Of a stretch of DNA of 64,000 nt, positions 1-10,410 are shown in pieces (positions within the stretch are counted from its first letter, which is position 1; the number at the start of each line of letters is the position of its first letter). This DNA is from Isoptericola halotolerans (lineage in GTDB: Bacteria > Actinomycetota > Actinomycetes > Actinomycetales > Cellulomonadaceae): the NCBI RefSeq assembly GCF_013149785.1, contig NZ_JABEZU010000004.1, positions 186,001 through 250,000 on the forward strand, written 5' to 3'. The position numbers and the translations under genes are program-made. The notes beneath the pieces are model-generated. The model saw nothing but the letters and a program-made list of their open reading frames with translations, did no database searches and had not been told where the DNA came from.

Positions 1-1640
1 CGGGCCGCCGCCTCGTCGTGCGCCCCGGCGGACACCAGGTCGCAGTACTCGGCGTACTCCACGACGGACGTCGCGGCGTCGGTCACCCCCGAGCGTGCGG
101 CCTCGGCGCCCATGTAGAGCGGCTCGAGCTTCTTGATCGACCGTGACCGGTGCGAGATCCGCAGTCCCGCGCGCACGGTGGCGTACAGGTCCACGAGCAC
201 CCCGGCCCGCAGGAGCTCGTCGACCTCCTCGTCGTACACCCCGTGCCGCGCCGCGATGGACAGCAGGTGCGTCCGCTCGTACGCGGCGTAGTGGTACACG
301 TGCATGTCCGGCCACCTGCGGCGCCGGTCGGCCATCTCGTCCACGAACGCGACGAGCGCGCGCGCCTCGTCGGCGAGCGAGTCCGCCCACAGGGCATGGA
401 ACGCCGGCCGCCCCTCGGCGTCGAGGTCGCGCGTCACCCAGCCGAACAGGTAGTCGATACCGGACGCCGCGGGGGCGCCGAGGCCGTCCGACGGGGCCCA
501 CAGCGGGTCGCCCTCGAAGTCGAAGAACACGTCCCCCTCGCTGGGCGGGGGCAGCCGCTCGACCGCGCGCGGGTCCGTCAGCGCCCAGCGCAGCTCGGCG
601 GGCCCGTCGTCCGTCTCGATCTTCACCGAGCCGTGCCCGGGCTCCGTCCCGAGCTGCAGCCCGGCCTGGAGGCGGAGCCCGGCGAACCGGTCGGCGCTCA
701 TCCCTCCCGGTGGCGAGGTCGCCGCGGCCAGCGCCTCCATCGTGGTGATCCCGGCCTCGCCCAGCCGCGCGCGCTGCGGCCCGTACACCCCGGCGACGAG
801 CAGCACGTCGGAGTGCGCCTGTGCAGCCTCGTCGCAGTCCGGGCACTGTCCCAGCCGCCGGCAGGCGGTGTGTCCCGGTGCGTCCCACTCCACCGCGGAG
901 CCCTCCGTCACGTGCCGTTCGACGACCTCCAGCAAGCGGTCGCGACGCGCCCGGAACACCGGCAGCACCTCCGCCAGCAGATGATCGGTGCGCACGCCGG
1001 TGCCGAGCACCAGGTGCGCGTGCTCGGTGGGGTCGACGCCGGCCGCGAGGAGCTGGTCCGCGTACGCCGCGAGCTGGAGCACCGCGCGGACCTTCTCCCG
1101 CCGTGCGAGCTTCGTGTCCCACACCGCGTAGCGCGCCCCCGCAGGAGACCGGCCGGCCAGCGTCCCGCCGTCGGACCCCGCGCCGTCGGGCCCCGCCGAG
1201 GCGCTGCGCACCAGGAAGTCGGCCCGCCCGTGGAAGCGCCCGTCGAAGAACGACGCCTGGTAGACGACGTCCGCGCCCCCGGCCAACGCCGCGAGCGTCC
1301 GCTCGTGCGCGGCCGCGAGGCTGCCGACGTCCAGGCGTCGCGGCGGCTCGATCGCCACCACGCCGCCGGGCCCGCCACCGCTCGCCCAGCCGAGCTGCTC
1401 GACGAAGCCCGCCAGCACCGACCGCTCGTGGGACTCCCCCAGCGCTGCCGTCCGTTCCAGCATCTCGTCACGCTCGCGCCGTCGGCCGGGCGCGCGGCCG
1501 AGCACCTCGTCCAGGCGTCGCAGCAGCGCGTGCTCGCACTCCGCGGCGACCACGAGGTCGCTGGCCGAGTGCACGAGCCGCGGCATGACGTCGGTCGTCG
1601 ACGGCGCCCCGCCCGTGTCGCCCTCGCTCAGCAGGAACAT
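1..1640 (-). CDS. TM0106-family RecB-like nuclease with RNase H-like domain (runs off the left edge; such proteins often continue into an SF1 helicase)
   Basis: Read manually from ATG 1640: MFLLSEG..SASDLVVAAECEH..VVYQASFFDGRFHGRADFL..WDTKLARR..LQLAAYA; later VFFDFEGDP, YHYAAYE, SIKKLEPLY. Absent from the ORF track because there is no stop in the window. Confidence 0.85.
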   Translation of the reverse strand, partial: MFLLSEGDTGGAPSTTDVMPRLVHSASDLVVAAECEHALLRRLDEVLGRAPGRRRERDEMLERTAALGESHERSVLAGFVEQLGWASGGGPGGVVAIEPPRRLDVGSLAAAHERTLAALAGGADVVYQASFFDGRFHGRADFLVRSASAGPDGAGSDGGTLAGRSPAGARYAVWDTKLARREKVRAVLQLAAYADQLLAAGVDPTEHAHLVLGTGVRTDHLLAEVLPVFRARRDRLLEVVERHVTEGSAVEWDAPGHTACRRLGQCPDCDEAAQAHSDVLLVAGVYGPQRARLGEAGITTMEALAAATSPPGGMSADRFAGLRLQAGLQLGTEPGHGSVKIETDDGPAELRWALTDPRAVERLPPPSEGDVFFDFEGDPLWAPSDGLGAPAASGIDYLFGWVTRDLDAEGRPAFHALWADSLADEARALVAFVDEMADRRRRWPDMHVYHYAAYERTHLLSIAARHGVYDEEVDELLRAGVLVDLYATVRAGLRISHRSRSIKKLEPLYMGAEAARSGVTDAATSVVEYAEYCDLVSAGAHDEAAA

Positions 1641-1725
1641 GTCACAGGTCTACCAGCGCCCCCCGACATGGACCTCGGGACGCCCTGTCCGCCATAGTGG
1701 GTCCGCGCGATCACGAAGGAGCACC

Positions 1726-2700
1726 ATGTCCGTGCGGTTCAACCCCCCTCCCGGCTGGCAGGTACCCCCGGGCTTCCGGCCCGAGGCCGGCTGGTCACCC
1801 GACCCCTCCTGGCCCCCGGCACCCCCCGGCTGGGAGTACTGGGTCGAGGAGCCGGCGGCGCCCGCCCCGTCGTACGCCCCGGCGTCGGCGTCACGGCCGG
1901 CACCTCAGGACGTCGGCGCGACGGCGGTGCTCGCCCCGGTCGCGACGCCACCGCGGCCCGTGCCGGCACCGACGGTCCCCCCGGCCCGTTCCGAGGCGCC
2001 CCCGCCACCGGCACCACCACCAGCGGCAGCACCTGCGGGCTCCCCGTCCGGCGGCCGGCCCGTCGCGCACCCGAGCGATCACCCGGTCGAGCAGCCGACG
2101 ACGCCGGTGCCCCCGCTCGGTCGCCCCGCACCCGCACGCGGCGCGGAACCTCCTGCCCAGCGCAGCACCCGACGGCGGCGGACCCCCACCGCGGTGGTCG
2201 CCGGCGTGGCCGTCGCCTGCCTCGCCCTCGGCATCATCATGGGGGTCATGTTCTCGATGATGCAGACGTCCGACGCCCGGCAGGCCGTGGCGAACGCCGA
2301 GCGCGACGTCGCCGCGGCGCAGGCCCTCGAGGAACAGCTCAAGGCCGAGCGCAACGACCTCGAGGAGCGCCTCGAGGCCATGGACACCCGCGAGGCGGAG
2401 CTCCTCGAGCGGGAGAAGTCGGTCGACGAGCGGGACGCTGAGCTGACCAACCGGGAGAACGAGATCGCCGGCGCCGAGCAGCAGCGTCAGCAGGACGAGC
2501 AGCGCCGCCAGGAGGAGGAGCAGCGACAGCAGGAGGAACGAGACCAGGATCGGCGGGGGAACCGGGACGGCGGCTGGTGGTACTGGGACTGCGACAGCGC
2601 CCGGGCGGCCGGCGCCGCGCCGATCCACCAGGGGCAGCCGGGCTACCGCCACGGGCTCGACCCCAACGGCAACGGGATCGCCTGCGAGGACGGGGAGTAG
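1726..2700 (+). CDS. Membrane protein with Pro/Trp-rich N-terminus, coiled coil and C-terminal Excalibur Ca-binding domain
   Basis: GAAGGAG RBS before ATG 1726; one TM helix; C-terminal YWDCDSARAAGAAPIHQGQPGYRHGLDPNGNGIACE. Confidence 0.85.
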   Translation: MSVRFNPPPGWQVPPGFRPEAGWSPDPSWPPAPPGWEYWVEEPAAPAPSYAPASASRPAPQDVGATAVLAPVATPPRPVPAPTVPPARSEAPPPPAPPPAAAPAGSPSGGRPVAHPSDHPVEQPTTPVPPLGRPAPARGAEPPAQRSTRRRRTPTAVVAGVAVACLALGIIMGVMFSMMQTSDARQAVANAERDVAAAQALEEQLKAERNDLEERLEAMDTREAELLEREKSVDERDAELTNRENEIAGAEQQRQQDEQRRQEEEQRQQEERDQDRRGNRDGGWWYWDCDSARAAGAAPIHQGQPGYRHGLDPNGNGIACEDGE

Positions 2701-2761
2701 GCCGCGTAAGGGACGCGCGGCCGACACCCCGAAGGTTCCACCGTCCGCACCTCCTCGACAG

Positions 2762-2806
2762 ATCCGGGTGATCCCCGATGTGGTGCCCGGCTCGTCGCCC
2801 TACGGT
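2762..2806 (+). promoter_or_regulatory. Imperfect palindrome ATCCGGG-TGAT-CCCCGAT plus -10-like TACGGT (leaderless promoter)
   Basis: Same layout recurs upstream of pspC at 52074-52119. Confidence 0.5.
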
Positions 2807-2812
2807 GGGTCC

Positions 2813-4810
2813 GTGGTCGACGTCCTCGGAGCCCAGCTCTACGCCTGGTCCGCACTCATCGCGCTGCTGCTCTTCGCCCTTTTCGTCCGCCGGGTGATCG
2901 GTGTCCGCCTGGGCCTGCCGCGCACGCTGCTGGCCGCAGCCGTCGGCACGACCCTCGGACCGGCCCTCGTCACCAGCATGCTGCCGGTCCCGCCGGGGTC
3001 CGCCGACACCCTGGACCTCCTGCTCTACACGGCGCTGCTGTCCGTGGTGGCCCTGGTCGTGGCGATGTTCGCCCTGGCGACGATCGAGATGCTCGTCCCG
3101 AACGGCTCCCTGCCCGGTCCGGTGAGCACGGCGCGCGGGCTGCGGGGACGCCTGCGCCGCTCGCGCCGCTACCTGAGGATCCTGCGGGTCCTGGCCCAGC
3201 ACGGGCTGGCCCGGTTCCTGCGCGGCGGTCGCCACCGTGGTGTCGCCACGCCGGAGGACCGCCGCGCCCTGGCTCGCTCGGTGCGGCGCGCGATGGAGGA
3301 CGCCGGGGTCACGTTCGTCAAGCTGGGCCAGCAGCTCGGCACCCGGCGCGACATCCCGCCGGAGTTCGTGGCGGAGCTGTCCCGGCTCCAGGACGAGGCA
3401 CACCCGCTGCCGTGGCCCGCGGTCGAGGCCGTGCTCGCCGCCGAGCTCGGCGCACCGCCGTCGCAGGTGTTCGCCTCGATCGATCCCGAGCCGCTCGCGT
3501 CGGCGTCGGTCGCCCAGGTGCACGTGGCGCGCACGACGGCGGGACGCGACGTCGTCGTCAAGGTCCAGCGCCCGGGCATCGCGTCCCAGGTCGCCGGCGA
3601 CCTCGACATCCTGGACCGGCTGGCGCGGACCCTGACGGCGCGGACCGCCTGGGCCCGGCACCTCGGGCTGACGGACCTGGTGGCCGGGTTCGCGGCCGCG
3701 CTGCACGAGGAGCTGGACTTCCGCGTCGAGCGGGACAACCTCGCGACGGTCGCGGCAGGGCTCGAGGCGTCGGCAGGGATCGTGGTGCCCGCGGCCGAGC
3801 CGGACCTCTCGACGGCCCGCGTGCTGGTCATGGAACGGATGCCGGGCATACCGCTGGGTGCTGCGGAACCCGTGCTCGCCCGCCTGGGTGAGGACCGCCG
3901 TCGGGCGATCGCGGAGAACCTGCTGCACGTGGTGGTGGACCAGGTGGTGGTGCGGGGCGTGTTCCACGTGGACCTGCACCCCGGCAACCTGCTCGTCGCG
4001 GACGACGGCACCCTGGCGATGCTGGACCTGGGCTCGGTGGGACGGCTCGGCTCCCGTGCGCGCACGCAGCTCGCGCTCCTGCTCGCGGCGCTGTCCACCG
4101 CCGACTCCGTGGCCGTGACCGACGCGCTGCTCGAGGTGGTGGACCGCCCGGACGTCCTGGACGAGCACCGCCTCGAGCAGGAGGTCGGGGAGGTCCTCGC
4201 GCGGTTCACCGGACCATCGACGGTACAGGCGGCGCAGGCCGCCCAGGCCGCACCCGCGATGGCCGCGCTGTTCCAGCTCGTGGCACGGTACCGCCTCGGC
4301 ATCCCGCCCCAGGTGGCGGCGGCGTTCCGCACGCTCGCCACCCTGGAGGGGACGTTGCAGGTCGTCTGCGGCGGCTACGACCTCATCGACGGCGCGCGGC
4401 GGTACGCCGGGCGGTCCGCCGCCCACGCGACGTCACCTCGCGAGCTGCGCTCCACCCTCGAGGCGGAGCTGCTGGGCCTGGTGCCGGTGCTGCGCCGGCT
4501 GCCGCGCCGGATCGACCGCATCACCGACGCCGTCGAGCACGGCAGGCTCCAGGTGAACGTGCGGCTCCTCGCCGACCCCGCCGACCGGCGGTTCGTCACC
4601 CGCCTGTGGCACCAGGCCCTGCTCGTGGTCCTCGCGTGCACGGCCGGCCTGATGGCCGTCGCGCTCTTCCTCGCGGCCCCCGGACCGATGGTGACCGACG
4701 TCGTCGGCATCTTCCACGTGCTGGCGACCGCCCTGCTCGCCGGATCCGTCATCCTCGTGATGCGGCTGCTCGTGGTGATCTTCCGCGGGGCCGACGACGG
4801 GCCGCCCTGA
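2813..4810 (+). CDS. AarF/UbiB (ABC1) family atypical kinase, membrane-anchored
   Basis: FVKLGQQL, ASASVAQVH, VVVKVQRPG, ELDF, FHVDLHPGN, LDLG motifs; N- and C-terminal TM segments; GTG 2813 preferred over 2768. Confidence 0.9.
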   Translation: MVDVLGAQLYAWSALIALLLFALFVRRVIGVRLGLPRTLLAAAVGTTLGPALVTSMLPVPPGSADTLDLLLYTALLSVVALVVAMFALATIEMLVPNGSLPGPVSTARGLRGRLRRSRRYLRILRVLAQHGLARFLRGGRHRGVATPEDRRALARSVRRAMEDAGVTFVKLGQQLGTRRDIPPEFVAELSRLQDEAHPLPWPAVEAVLAAELGAPPSQVFASIDPEPLASASVAQVHVARTTAGRDVVVKVQRPGIASQVAGDLDILDRLARTLTARTAWARHLGLTDLVAGFAAALHEELDFRVERDNLATVAAGLEASAGIVVPAAEPDLSTARVLVMERMPGIPLGAAEPVLARLGEDRRRAIAENLLHVVVDQVVVRGVFHVDLHPGNLLVADDGTLAMLDLGSVGRLGSRARTQLALLLAALSTADSVAVTDALLEVVDRPDVLDEHRLEQEVGEVLARFTGPSTVQAAQAAQAAPAMAALFQLVARYRLGIPPQVAAAFRTLATLEGTLQVVCGGYDLIDGARRYAGRSAAHATSPRELRSTLEAELLGLVPVLRRLPRRIDRITDAVEHGRLQVNVRLLADPADRRFVTRLWHQALLVVLACTAGLMAVALFLAAPGPMVTDVVGIFHVLATALLAGSVILVMRLLVVIFRGADDGPP

Positions 4811-4813
4811 CCG

Positions 4814-5332
4814 TCAGACTCCGGAGAGCGCGTCCACCCCGACGGTCGCCAGCACGCCGAACAGCACGCCCCACAGGATGATCGAGACGATCTGCCAGCC
4901 GATGACGGCGTTGCGCGAGGCGCCGAACGACACCATCGCGGCGGCGGTGATCTGGCTGGGCAGCAGCGTCTGGCCGAGCAGGCTCACGCCGGGGACCCCG
5001 AACCGGTCGAACCGCTGACGGAGCTTCGCCCGCTTCGGCGATTCCGGCTTGCCCCGCCCGGCGACGGCAGCGGTCCGGACGCGGGAGGTCGTCAGCACGA
5101 AGATCATCATGGAGATCACGTTCCCGACCACGGCGGCCGCCACCGCGACCACCGGGTTGAGCCCGGCGAGGATGCCGATCGCGGATCCCGCGTACGACTC
5201 GACGAAGGGGATCGCCCCGGCGAGCATCACTCCCACCCACTGCAGCAGCGGCGGCAGGGACTCGGTGAAGGACTGCAGGTTCTCGATCAACTCTCGGCGC
5301 TCCCGGGTAGTGGTTCGTGGATGTGACTCCAT
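4814..5332 (-). CDS. Small membrane protein (small multidrug-export-like)
   Basis: AGAIPFVESY..GNVISM and RFDRFGVPGVSLLG patterns, about 4 TM segments; start uncertain (TTG 5290 possible). Confidence 0.65.
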   Translation of the reverse strand: MESHPRTTTRERRELIENLQSFTESLPPLLQWVGVMLAGAIPFVESYAGSAIGILAGLNPVVAVAAAVVGNVISMMIFVLTTSRVRTAAVAGRGKPESPKRAKLRQRFDRFGVPGVSLLGQTLLPSQITAAAMVSFGASRNAVIGWQIVSIILWGVLFGVLATVGVDALSGV

Positions 5333-5513
5333 CCTCTGGCCGCCAGGGCGCCGGCGGCAGTGCCCCGGTGCACTGGTTCACGTGGCCCCGTCACGGCCCG
5401 GTGATGACATCTGTCACGACGGAGCTGCCCGGACTTCTGACGAGGTGGTGACGGTGCGCGCCCCGACGCCCGGGACCGACCCCGCGACCCGTCCGCCGCC
5501 CTAGGCTGGGCAG

Positions 5514-6284
5514 ATGGTCCGGGTCCTCGTGGTCGACGACGACACCACCGTCGCCGACGTGGTGGTGGCGTACCTGGAGCGCGCCGGCATGACCGCCGAG
5601 CACGTCGCCGACGGCGCACAGGCGCTCGCCGTCGCCGCCGCCCGGCCGCCCGACGCCGTCGTCCTCGACCTCATGCTGCCCGGCCTGGACGGCCTCGAGG
5701 TCTGCCGCCGGTTGCGCACCGACCGGCCGGGCCTGCCCGTGCTCATGCTCACCGCCCGCGGGGAGGAGGACGACCGGGTCGCCGGGCTCGAGATCGGCGC
5801 GGACGACTACGTCACCAAGCCGTTCAGCCCGCGCGAGCTGACGTTGCGGGTGCAGTCGGTGCTGCGGCGCTCCGGTGCCGTGCCGGCCCCCGAGCCCGTC
5901 CCGCACCCGGCCGGCCCCGGCGACCCACCGCCCGTACCGCCGTCGGGCACCCTGCGCGACGGTGACCTCACGCTCGACGTCGCGGCCCACCGGCTGCTGC
6001 GCGGCGGCCGGGAGGTCGACCTCACCGCCCGGGAGTTCGACCTCCTGACCTGGTTCCTCGCCCGACCGGGCCAGGTGCACGACCGCGAGACGCTGCTGCG
6101 CGAGGTGTGGGGCTGGGAGTACGGCGACCGCTCCACCGTCACCGTCCACGTGCGCCGGCTGCGCGAGAAGGTGGAGGAGGACCCCTCCCGCCCGGCCCGG
6201 CTCGTGACGGTGTTCGGTGTCGGGTACCGCTGGGACGCCCGCACCGGGACAGGGTACTCCGGGGCCCCCGGGGGCCCGACGTGA
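5514..6284 (+). CDS. OmpR-family response regulator
   Basis: [26 protein letters not shown], winged-helix [19 protein letters not shown] 6 nt before ATG. Confidence 0.95.
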   Translation: MVRVLVVDDDTTVADVVVAYLERAGMTAEHVADGAQALAVAAARPPDAVVLDLMLPGLDGLEVCRRLRTDRPGLPVLMLTARGEEDDRVAGLEIGADDYVTKPFSPRELTLRVQSVLRRSGAVPAPEPVPHPAGPGDPPPVPPSGTLRDGDLTLDVAAHRLLRGGREVDLTAREFDLLTWFLARPGQVHDRETLLREVWGWEYGDRSTVTVHVRRLREKVEEDPSRPARLVTVFGVGYRWDARTGTGYSGAPGGPT

Positions 6285-7312
6285 CGCCGCTCGCGGGCGT
6301 CGGCCTGGCGGCCGGGGTGGCGGCGGCCGTGGGTGCCCTCGGTGCCGCCGGGGTGGTCGCGACGGGTCGACGGCGCCCGGCGGTCGCGGCCGTCCTCGCT
6401 CCCCTGGTCGTGGTCGCCTCGGTCGCGGCGGGCGTCTACGCCAGCGCGCGGGCCATGTTCCTCTCGGAGACCGACTCCGCGACCGTCCTGTGGCTGCTGC
6501 TCGCCACCGTGCCGGTGGCGCTCGGGGTCGGGGCGGCCCTCGGGGTGCGCACGCACCGCCTCGCCGCCGAACGGACCGCAGCCCTGGCCGCCCGCGAGCG
6601 CGACCGGGAGGTCGAGGAACGACGTCGCGAGCTCGTCGCCTGGGTGTCCCACGACCTGCGCACGCCGCTCGCCGCGGTGCGCGCCCTGACCGAGGCGATG
6701 GAGGACGGGGTGACCCCGCCCGCCGACGCCGCCACAGGGATCCTCGCGGAGAACGGCCGCATGAGCGACATGGTGGACGACCTCCTCGCCCTGTCCCGCC
6801 TGCAGTCGGGGGCGTCCCCGCTGCGGCCCGAGCCGACGGACGTCGGCGACCTCGTCTCCGACACGCTGGCTGCGGCGGGCCCCCTCGCCGATGCCACCGG
6901 TGTCCGGCTCACCGGGGAGGTCGACCCCCAGACCGTCGCCGTCGTGGACGCCCGCGAGGTGGCCCGGGCGTTGGCGAACCTCGTGGGCAACGCCGTACAG
7001 CACACCCCCGCGGGCGGCACCGTCTCGGTGCAGGTGGAGGACCGGCCGGTCGGCGACGCACCCGGGGCGAGTGCCGTCGTCGTGCACGTGACCGACGGCT
7101 GCGGCGGTATCCCGGAGGCAGACCTGCCCCGGCTGTTCGAGGCGGGGTGGCGGGGCACCGCCGCGAGGACGCCCCGCTCGGGCGGTGCGGGGCTCGGCCT
7201 GTCCATCGTGCGGTCCGTCGCCGAGGCGCACGGCGGCCGGGTCGAGGCACGCAACGTGACGCCGGCCGACGGCGGTCCCGGCTGCCGCTTCACGCTCACC
7301 CTGCCGAGGTAG
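6281..7312 (+). CDS. Sensor histidine kinase
   Basis: [10 protein letters not shown]-box, [26 protein letters not shown] overlap with regulator stop. Confidence 0.93.
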   Translation: MTPLAGVGLAAGVAAAVGALGAAGVVATGRRRPAVAAVLAPLVVVASVAAGVYASARAMFLSETDSATVLWLLLATVPVALGVGAALGVRTHRLAAERTAALAARERDREVEERRRELVAWVSHDLRTPLAAVRALTEAMEDGVTPPADAATGILAENGRMSDMVDDLLALSRLQSGASPLRPEPTDVGDLVSDTLAAAGPLADATGVRLTGEVDPQTVAVVDAREVARALANLVGNAVQHTPAGGTVSVQVEDRPVGDAPGASAVVVHVTDGCGGIPEADLPRLFEAGWRGTAARTPRSGGAGLGLSIVRSVAEAHGGRVEARNVTPADGGPGCRFTLTLPR

Positions 7313-7344
7313 CGTCCGACGCCGCCGACCGTGCCCGGCGGGCG

Positions 7345-8127
7345 CTACCCGACGGGGACCTGCTCGGTCGTGCCGTCGGTGAACGTGACCTCGGCGCTCG
7401 CCGCGAGCGCCGAACCGCCCGGGGCCCACACGGCCCACCAGCCGCCGGCCACCGAGGCCTCGACCCGCTCGCCGGAGGTGAGGGTCAGCTCCACGGCCGC
7501 CACGTCGTCCCCGGCCTGGCCGAGCGCGGACGTCAGCGCGCCCTCGACCTGGTCGCCCTGCGACCAGGTGGCCGTGCCGCTCTGCTCGGTGGTGAGCTCG
7601 CGCGCCCCGGGTGCGCGCAGCTCGGGCACCACGGCGCTCGAGGTCACCACCTCCGGCTCCCCGCCGTCGGCGTCGGTGACGAAGCACTCGCCGTAGGCGT
7701 CCTCGCCCGCCACGACCACGTAGGTGTAGTCGCCGCGCACGTCCGTCAGGACCGGTGCGACCGCGACCTCCTGGACGTCGGGGCCGTCGGGTCCCTCGAC
7801 GATCTCCGTGACCGTGCCACCGCACGGCTCGCTGCGCTGCGCCGCCTCCGCGTCGCCGACGGCGGCAGGCACCGGGGTCCACGAGGCGTACGCCGTCGGC
7901 GAGTCCAGCGTGACCGAGACGACCACCACGGCCACGGTGACGGCGGCCGCCGCGCTCGCGACGGCGGCGACCCGCCCCGGGCGGCGGGCCGGACGCCGCT
8001 CACCGGCCGGTGCGACCCGGGGCTGCGCCAGGATCTCGGCCAGGGCGTCGTCGTCGGCGCGGCCGGGCGCACGGAGGTCGCGGGCAGGGTCGAGCTCGGA
8101 GAGCTCGGCCAGCATCGGGGACTTCAT
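7345..8127 (-). CDS. Single-TM protein, putative anti-sigma factor
   Basis: ATGA overlap with sigma stop; short cytoplasmic N-terminus (LSELDPA), one TM, extracellular domain with 2 Cys. Confidence 0.65.
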   Translation of the reverse strand: MKSPMLAELSELDPARDLRAPGRADDDALAEILAQPRVAPAGERRPARRPGRVAAVASAAAAVTVAVVVVSVTLDSPTAYASWTPVPAAVGDAEAAQRSEPCGGTVTEIVEGPDGPDVQEVAVAPVLTDVRGDYTYVVVAGEDAYGECFVTDADGGEPEVVTSSAVVPELRAPGARELTTEQSGTATWSQGDQVEGALTSALGQAGDDVAAVELTLTSGERVEASVAGGWWAVWAPGGSALAASAEVTFTDGTTEQVPVG

Positions 8128-8687
8128 CTCGCCTCCTGGAGCTTCTGCAGGACCTCGGCGGTCTCGCTCGGCACCTCGGAGAAGGCGAGCAGACGCTTGC
8201 GGGCGCGGGTGAGCCGGACGGAGAACGTGGTCGGTCGGCAGCCGAGCACCCGGGCGGCCTCGACGGCCGTCAGCCCGTCCCACGCGACCAGCGCGATGAC
8301 CTCCCGGTCGCCGTCGGAGAGCAGCTCCCACGCCTGGCGCAGGTCGGCGCGGTCCGCCGCGACCTCGTCGGCGCCCTCGCGGGCAGGTTCGGGCTGCTGC
8401 TCCAGGCGGACGTTGAGCGCCCGCCAGCGGCCCTGCGTCCGCAGGTGCGTGGCGAGCACGTTGCGCGCCACGCCGAACAGCCACGGGCGAGCCTCGCCGT
8501 CACCACCCGGCACGCCGTCGAGCCGACGCCATGCCGTCAGGAACGCCTCGGAGACGACGTCGTCGACGAGCTCCGGCGCCACCCGGCGCGCGACGAACCG
8601 CGTGACCTGCTCGTGGTGCTCCACCCACAGCCCGGTCAGTCGCTCGTGCGCCTCGGCGTCGTCCACGCTCCACAGCCTTCCACCCAT
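8124..8687 (-). CDS. ECF sigma-70 factor
   Basis: DDVVSEAFLTAWRR, WLFGVARN, LSDGDREVIALVAWDGL..AARVLG..VRLTRAR; start may be 8699, 8690 or 8687. Confidence 0.9.
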   Translation of the reverse strand: MGGRLWSVDDAEAHERLTGLWVEHHEQVTRFVARRVAPELVDDVVSEAFLTAWRRLDGVPGGDGEARPWLFGVARNVLATHLRTQGRWRALNVRLEQQPEPAREGADEVAADRADLRQAWELLSDGDREVIALVAWDGLTAVEAARVLGCRPTTFSVRLTRARKRLLAFSEVPSETAEVLQKLQEAR

Positions 8688-8847
8688 CACCCTGTTCATT
8701 GCCGGCAGGGACCCGTTTGCTACACGGTAGGGGAAGATCAGTTGCACCGGGCAGGCGGGCCGGTACGCTCGCACCCAACTCGTGCACGCCACCAGCACCC
8801 GACATCGACCTCGAGACGACGACGCTCGACAGGGCGAGGAGAACGAC

Positions 8848-9582
8848 ATGAGCCGACGCACCAACCGCCACCGTGCCGCCGTGAGCCTCGGTGCCGCCGC
8901 CCTGGTGCTCGGCCTCGCGGTCGCACCGACCTCCAGCGCCGTGGCGGTCGCCGAACCCGAGAACCTGCCGGGTGTCCCGGCGCCGGGCAGCCCCTCCTCC
9001 GTCTGGGAGTCCTGGGCGGCCGACGAACGGGCCGAGGCGGAGGCCACCGACTGGGAGGCCGACGCCGCCACCCGGGGATGCACCCTGGAGGACGTGCAGA
9101 TCTCCGACGAGGTCGACGTCGACTACAACCGGGCCATGGGCGCTCCCGACGACCTGGCCACCTACCGGGTGGACCTCGTGGAGGACTGCTCCTCGGCCGA
9201 GGCCGAGCGCCTCATGGCCCCCCAGCAGAAGGCGTCGACCGACGTCTCCACGCTGGCCCTGTCGAGCGGCACGACCTGCCGCTCGACCAGCGGCCCGGGC
9301 ACGGCCTGCGTGTACCTGAGCAGCGGGCGGGTGTACGCCTCGTGGAAGTACAGCGGGTCGGGCAGCGTCAGCGGGTTCCTGCGCGTCTACCAGATCCCGG
9401 CGTCCTCCTCGAGCTGCTACCGCGGCACCACCTGGCTGACGGGGCCCTCGGCGACGTGGAGCAGCGGGACGACCCGCAGCATCTCCAAGTCGAAGACGAC
9501 GACCACCGGCTACTCGGCGCACATCTGGAAGAAGGTCGCGATCGGGCACACCGACTGGGGCTCGGTCTGCGCGCGTCTGTGA
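8848..9582 (+). CDS. Secreted hypothetical protein: acidic N-domain plus basic Ser/Thr/Cys-rich C-domain
   Basis: GAGGAG RBS; signal peptide MSRRTNRHRAAVSLGAAALVLGLAVAP..AVA; strong GC3 codon bias. Confidence 0.75.
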   Translation: MSRRTNRHRAAVSLGAAALVLGLAVAPTSSAVAVAEPENLPGVPAPGSPSSVWESWAADERAEAEATDWEADAATRGCTLEDVQISDEVDVDYNRAMGAPDDLATYRVDLVEDCSSAEAERLMAPQQKASTDVSTLALSSGTTCRSTSGPGTACVYLSSGRVYASWKYSGSGSVSGFLRVYQIPASSSSCYRGTTWLTGPSATWSSGTTRSISKSKTTTTGYSAHIWKKVAIGHTDWGSVCARL

Positions 9583-10410
9583 TCACAGGACGTGGGCGAG
9601 GAACTCCTGCAGCCGGGGCTCGCTCGGTGAGTCCAGCACCTGGGCGGGCGGTCCCTGCTCGACGATCGCGCCGTCGTCCATGAACACGACGTGGTCGGCG
9701 ACCTCGCGGGCGAACCCGATCTCGTGCGTGACCACCACCATCGTCATGCCGGACGCCGCGAGGTCCTTCATCACCGCGAGCACCTCGCCCACCAGCTCGG
9801 GGTCGAGCGCGGAGGTCGGCTCGTCGAACAGCATGAGGTCGGGGTCCATCGCCAGGGCCCGCGCGATCGCGACCCGCTGCTGCTGACCCCCGGAGAGCTG
9901 CACCGGGTAGTGGTCCACCCGGTCGGCGAGCCCGACCCGGTCGAGCAGCTCGAGCGCCCGCTCGCGCGCCGCCCGTCTCGACAGGCCGCGGACCTGGACC
10001 GGCGCCTCCATGACGTTCTCCAGCGCGGTCTGGTGACCGAACAGGTGGAACCGCTGGAAGACCATGCCGATGCGCGAACGCTGCGCGGCGATCCTGGTGG
10101 GGTGCAACCGGTGCAGCACACCCTTGGCGTCCTCGCGGTAGCCGAGCCGCTCGCCGTCGACGTGCACCGAGCCCGCGGTGATCTCCTCGAGCTCGTTGAA
10201 GCACCGCAGCAGGGTGGACTTGCCCGAGCCGGACGGCCCGAGCACCACGCAGACCGCGCCGCGCGGCACCTCGAGGTCGACACCGCGCAGCACGTGCAGG
10301 GCGTCGGCACCGTGGCCGAACACCTTGTGGAGGCCGCGCGCCTCCACCATCGGGGCGTCCGGCAGCCCGTCGGGCATCCCGTCCGACGGCGGGACGGTCG
10401 TCGCGCTCAT
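9583..10410 (-). CDS. Polar amino-acid ABC transporter ATP-binding protein
   Basis: [37 protein letters not shown]. Confidence 0.95.
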   Translation of the reverse strand: MSATTVPPSDGMPDGLPDAPMVEARGLHKVFGHGADALHVLRGVDLEVPRGAVCVVLGPSGSGKSTLLRCFNELEEITAGSVHVDGERLGYREDAKGVLHRLHPTRIAAQRSRIGMVFQRFHLFGHQTALENVMEAPVQVRGLSRRAARERALELLDRVGLADRVDHYPVQLSGGQQQRVAIARALAMDPDLMLFDEPTSALDPELVGEVLAVMKDLAASGMTMVVVTHEIGFAREVADHVVFMDDGAIVEQGPPAQVLDSPSEPRLQEFLAHVL

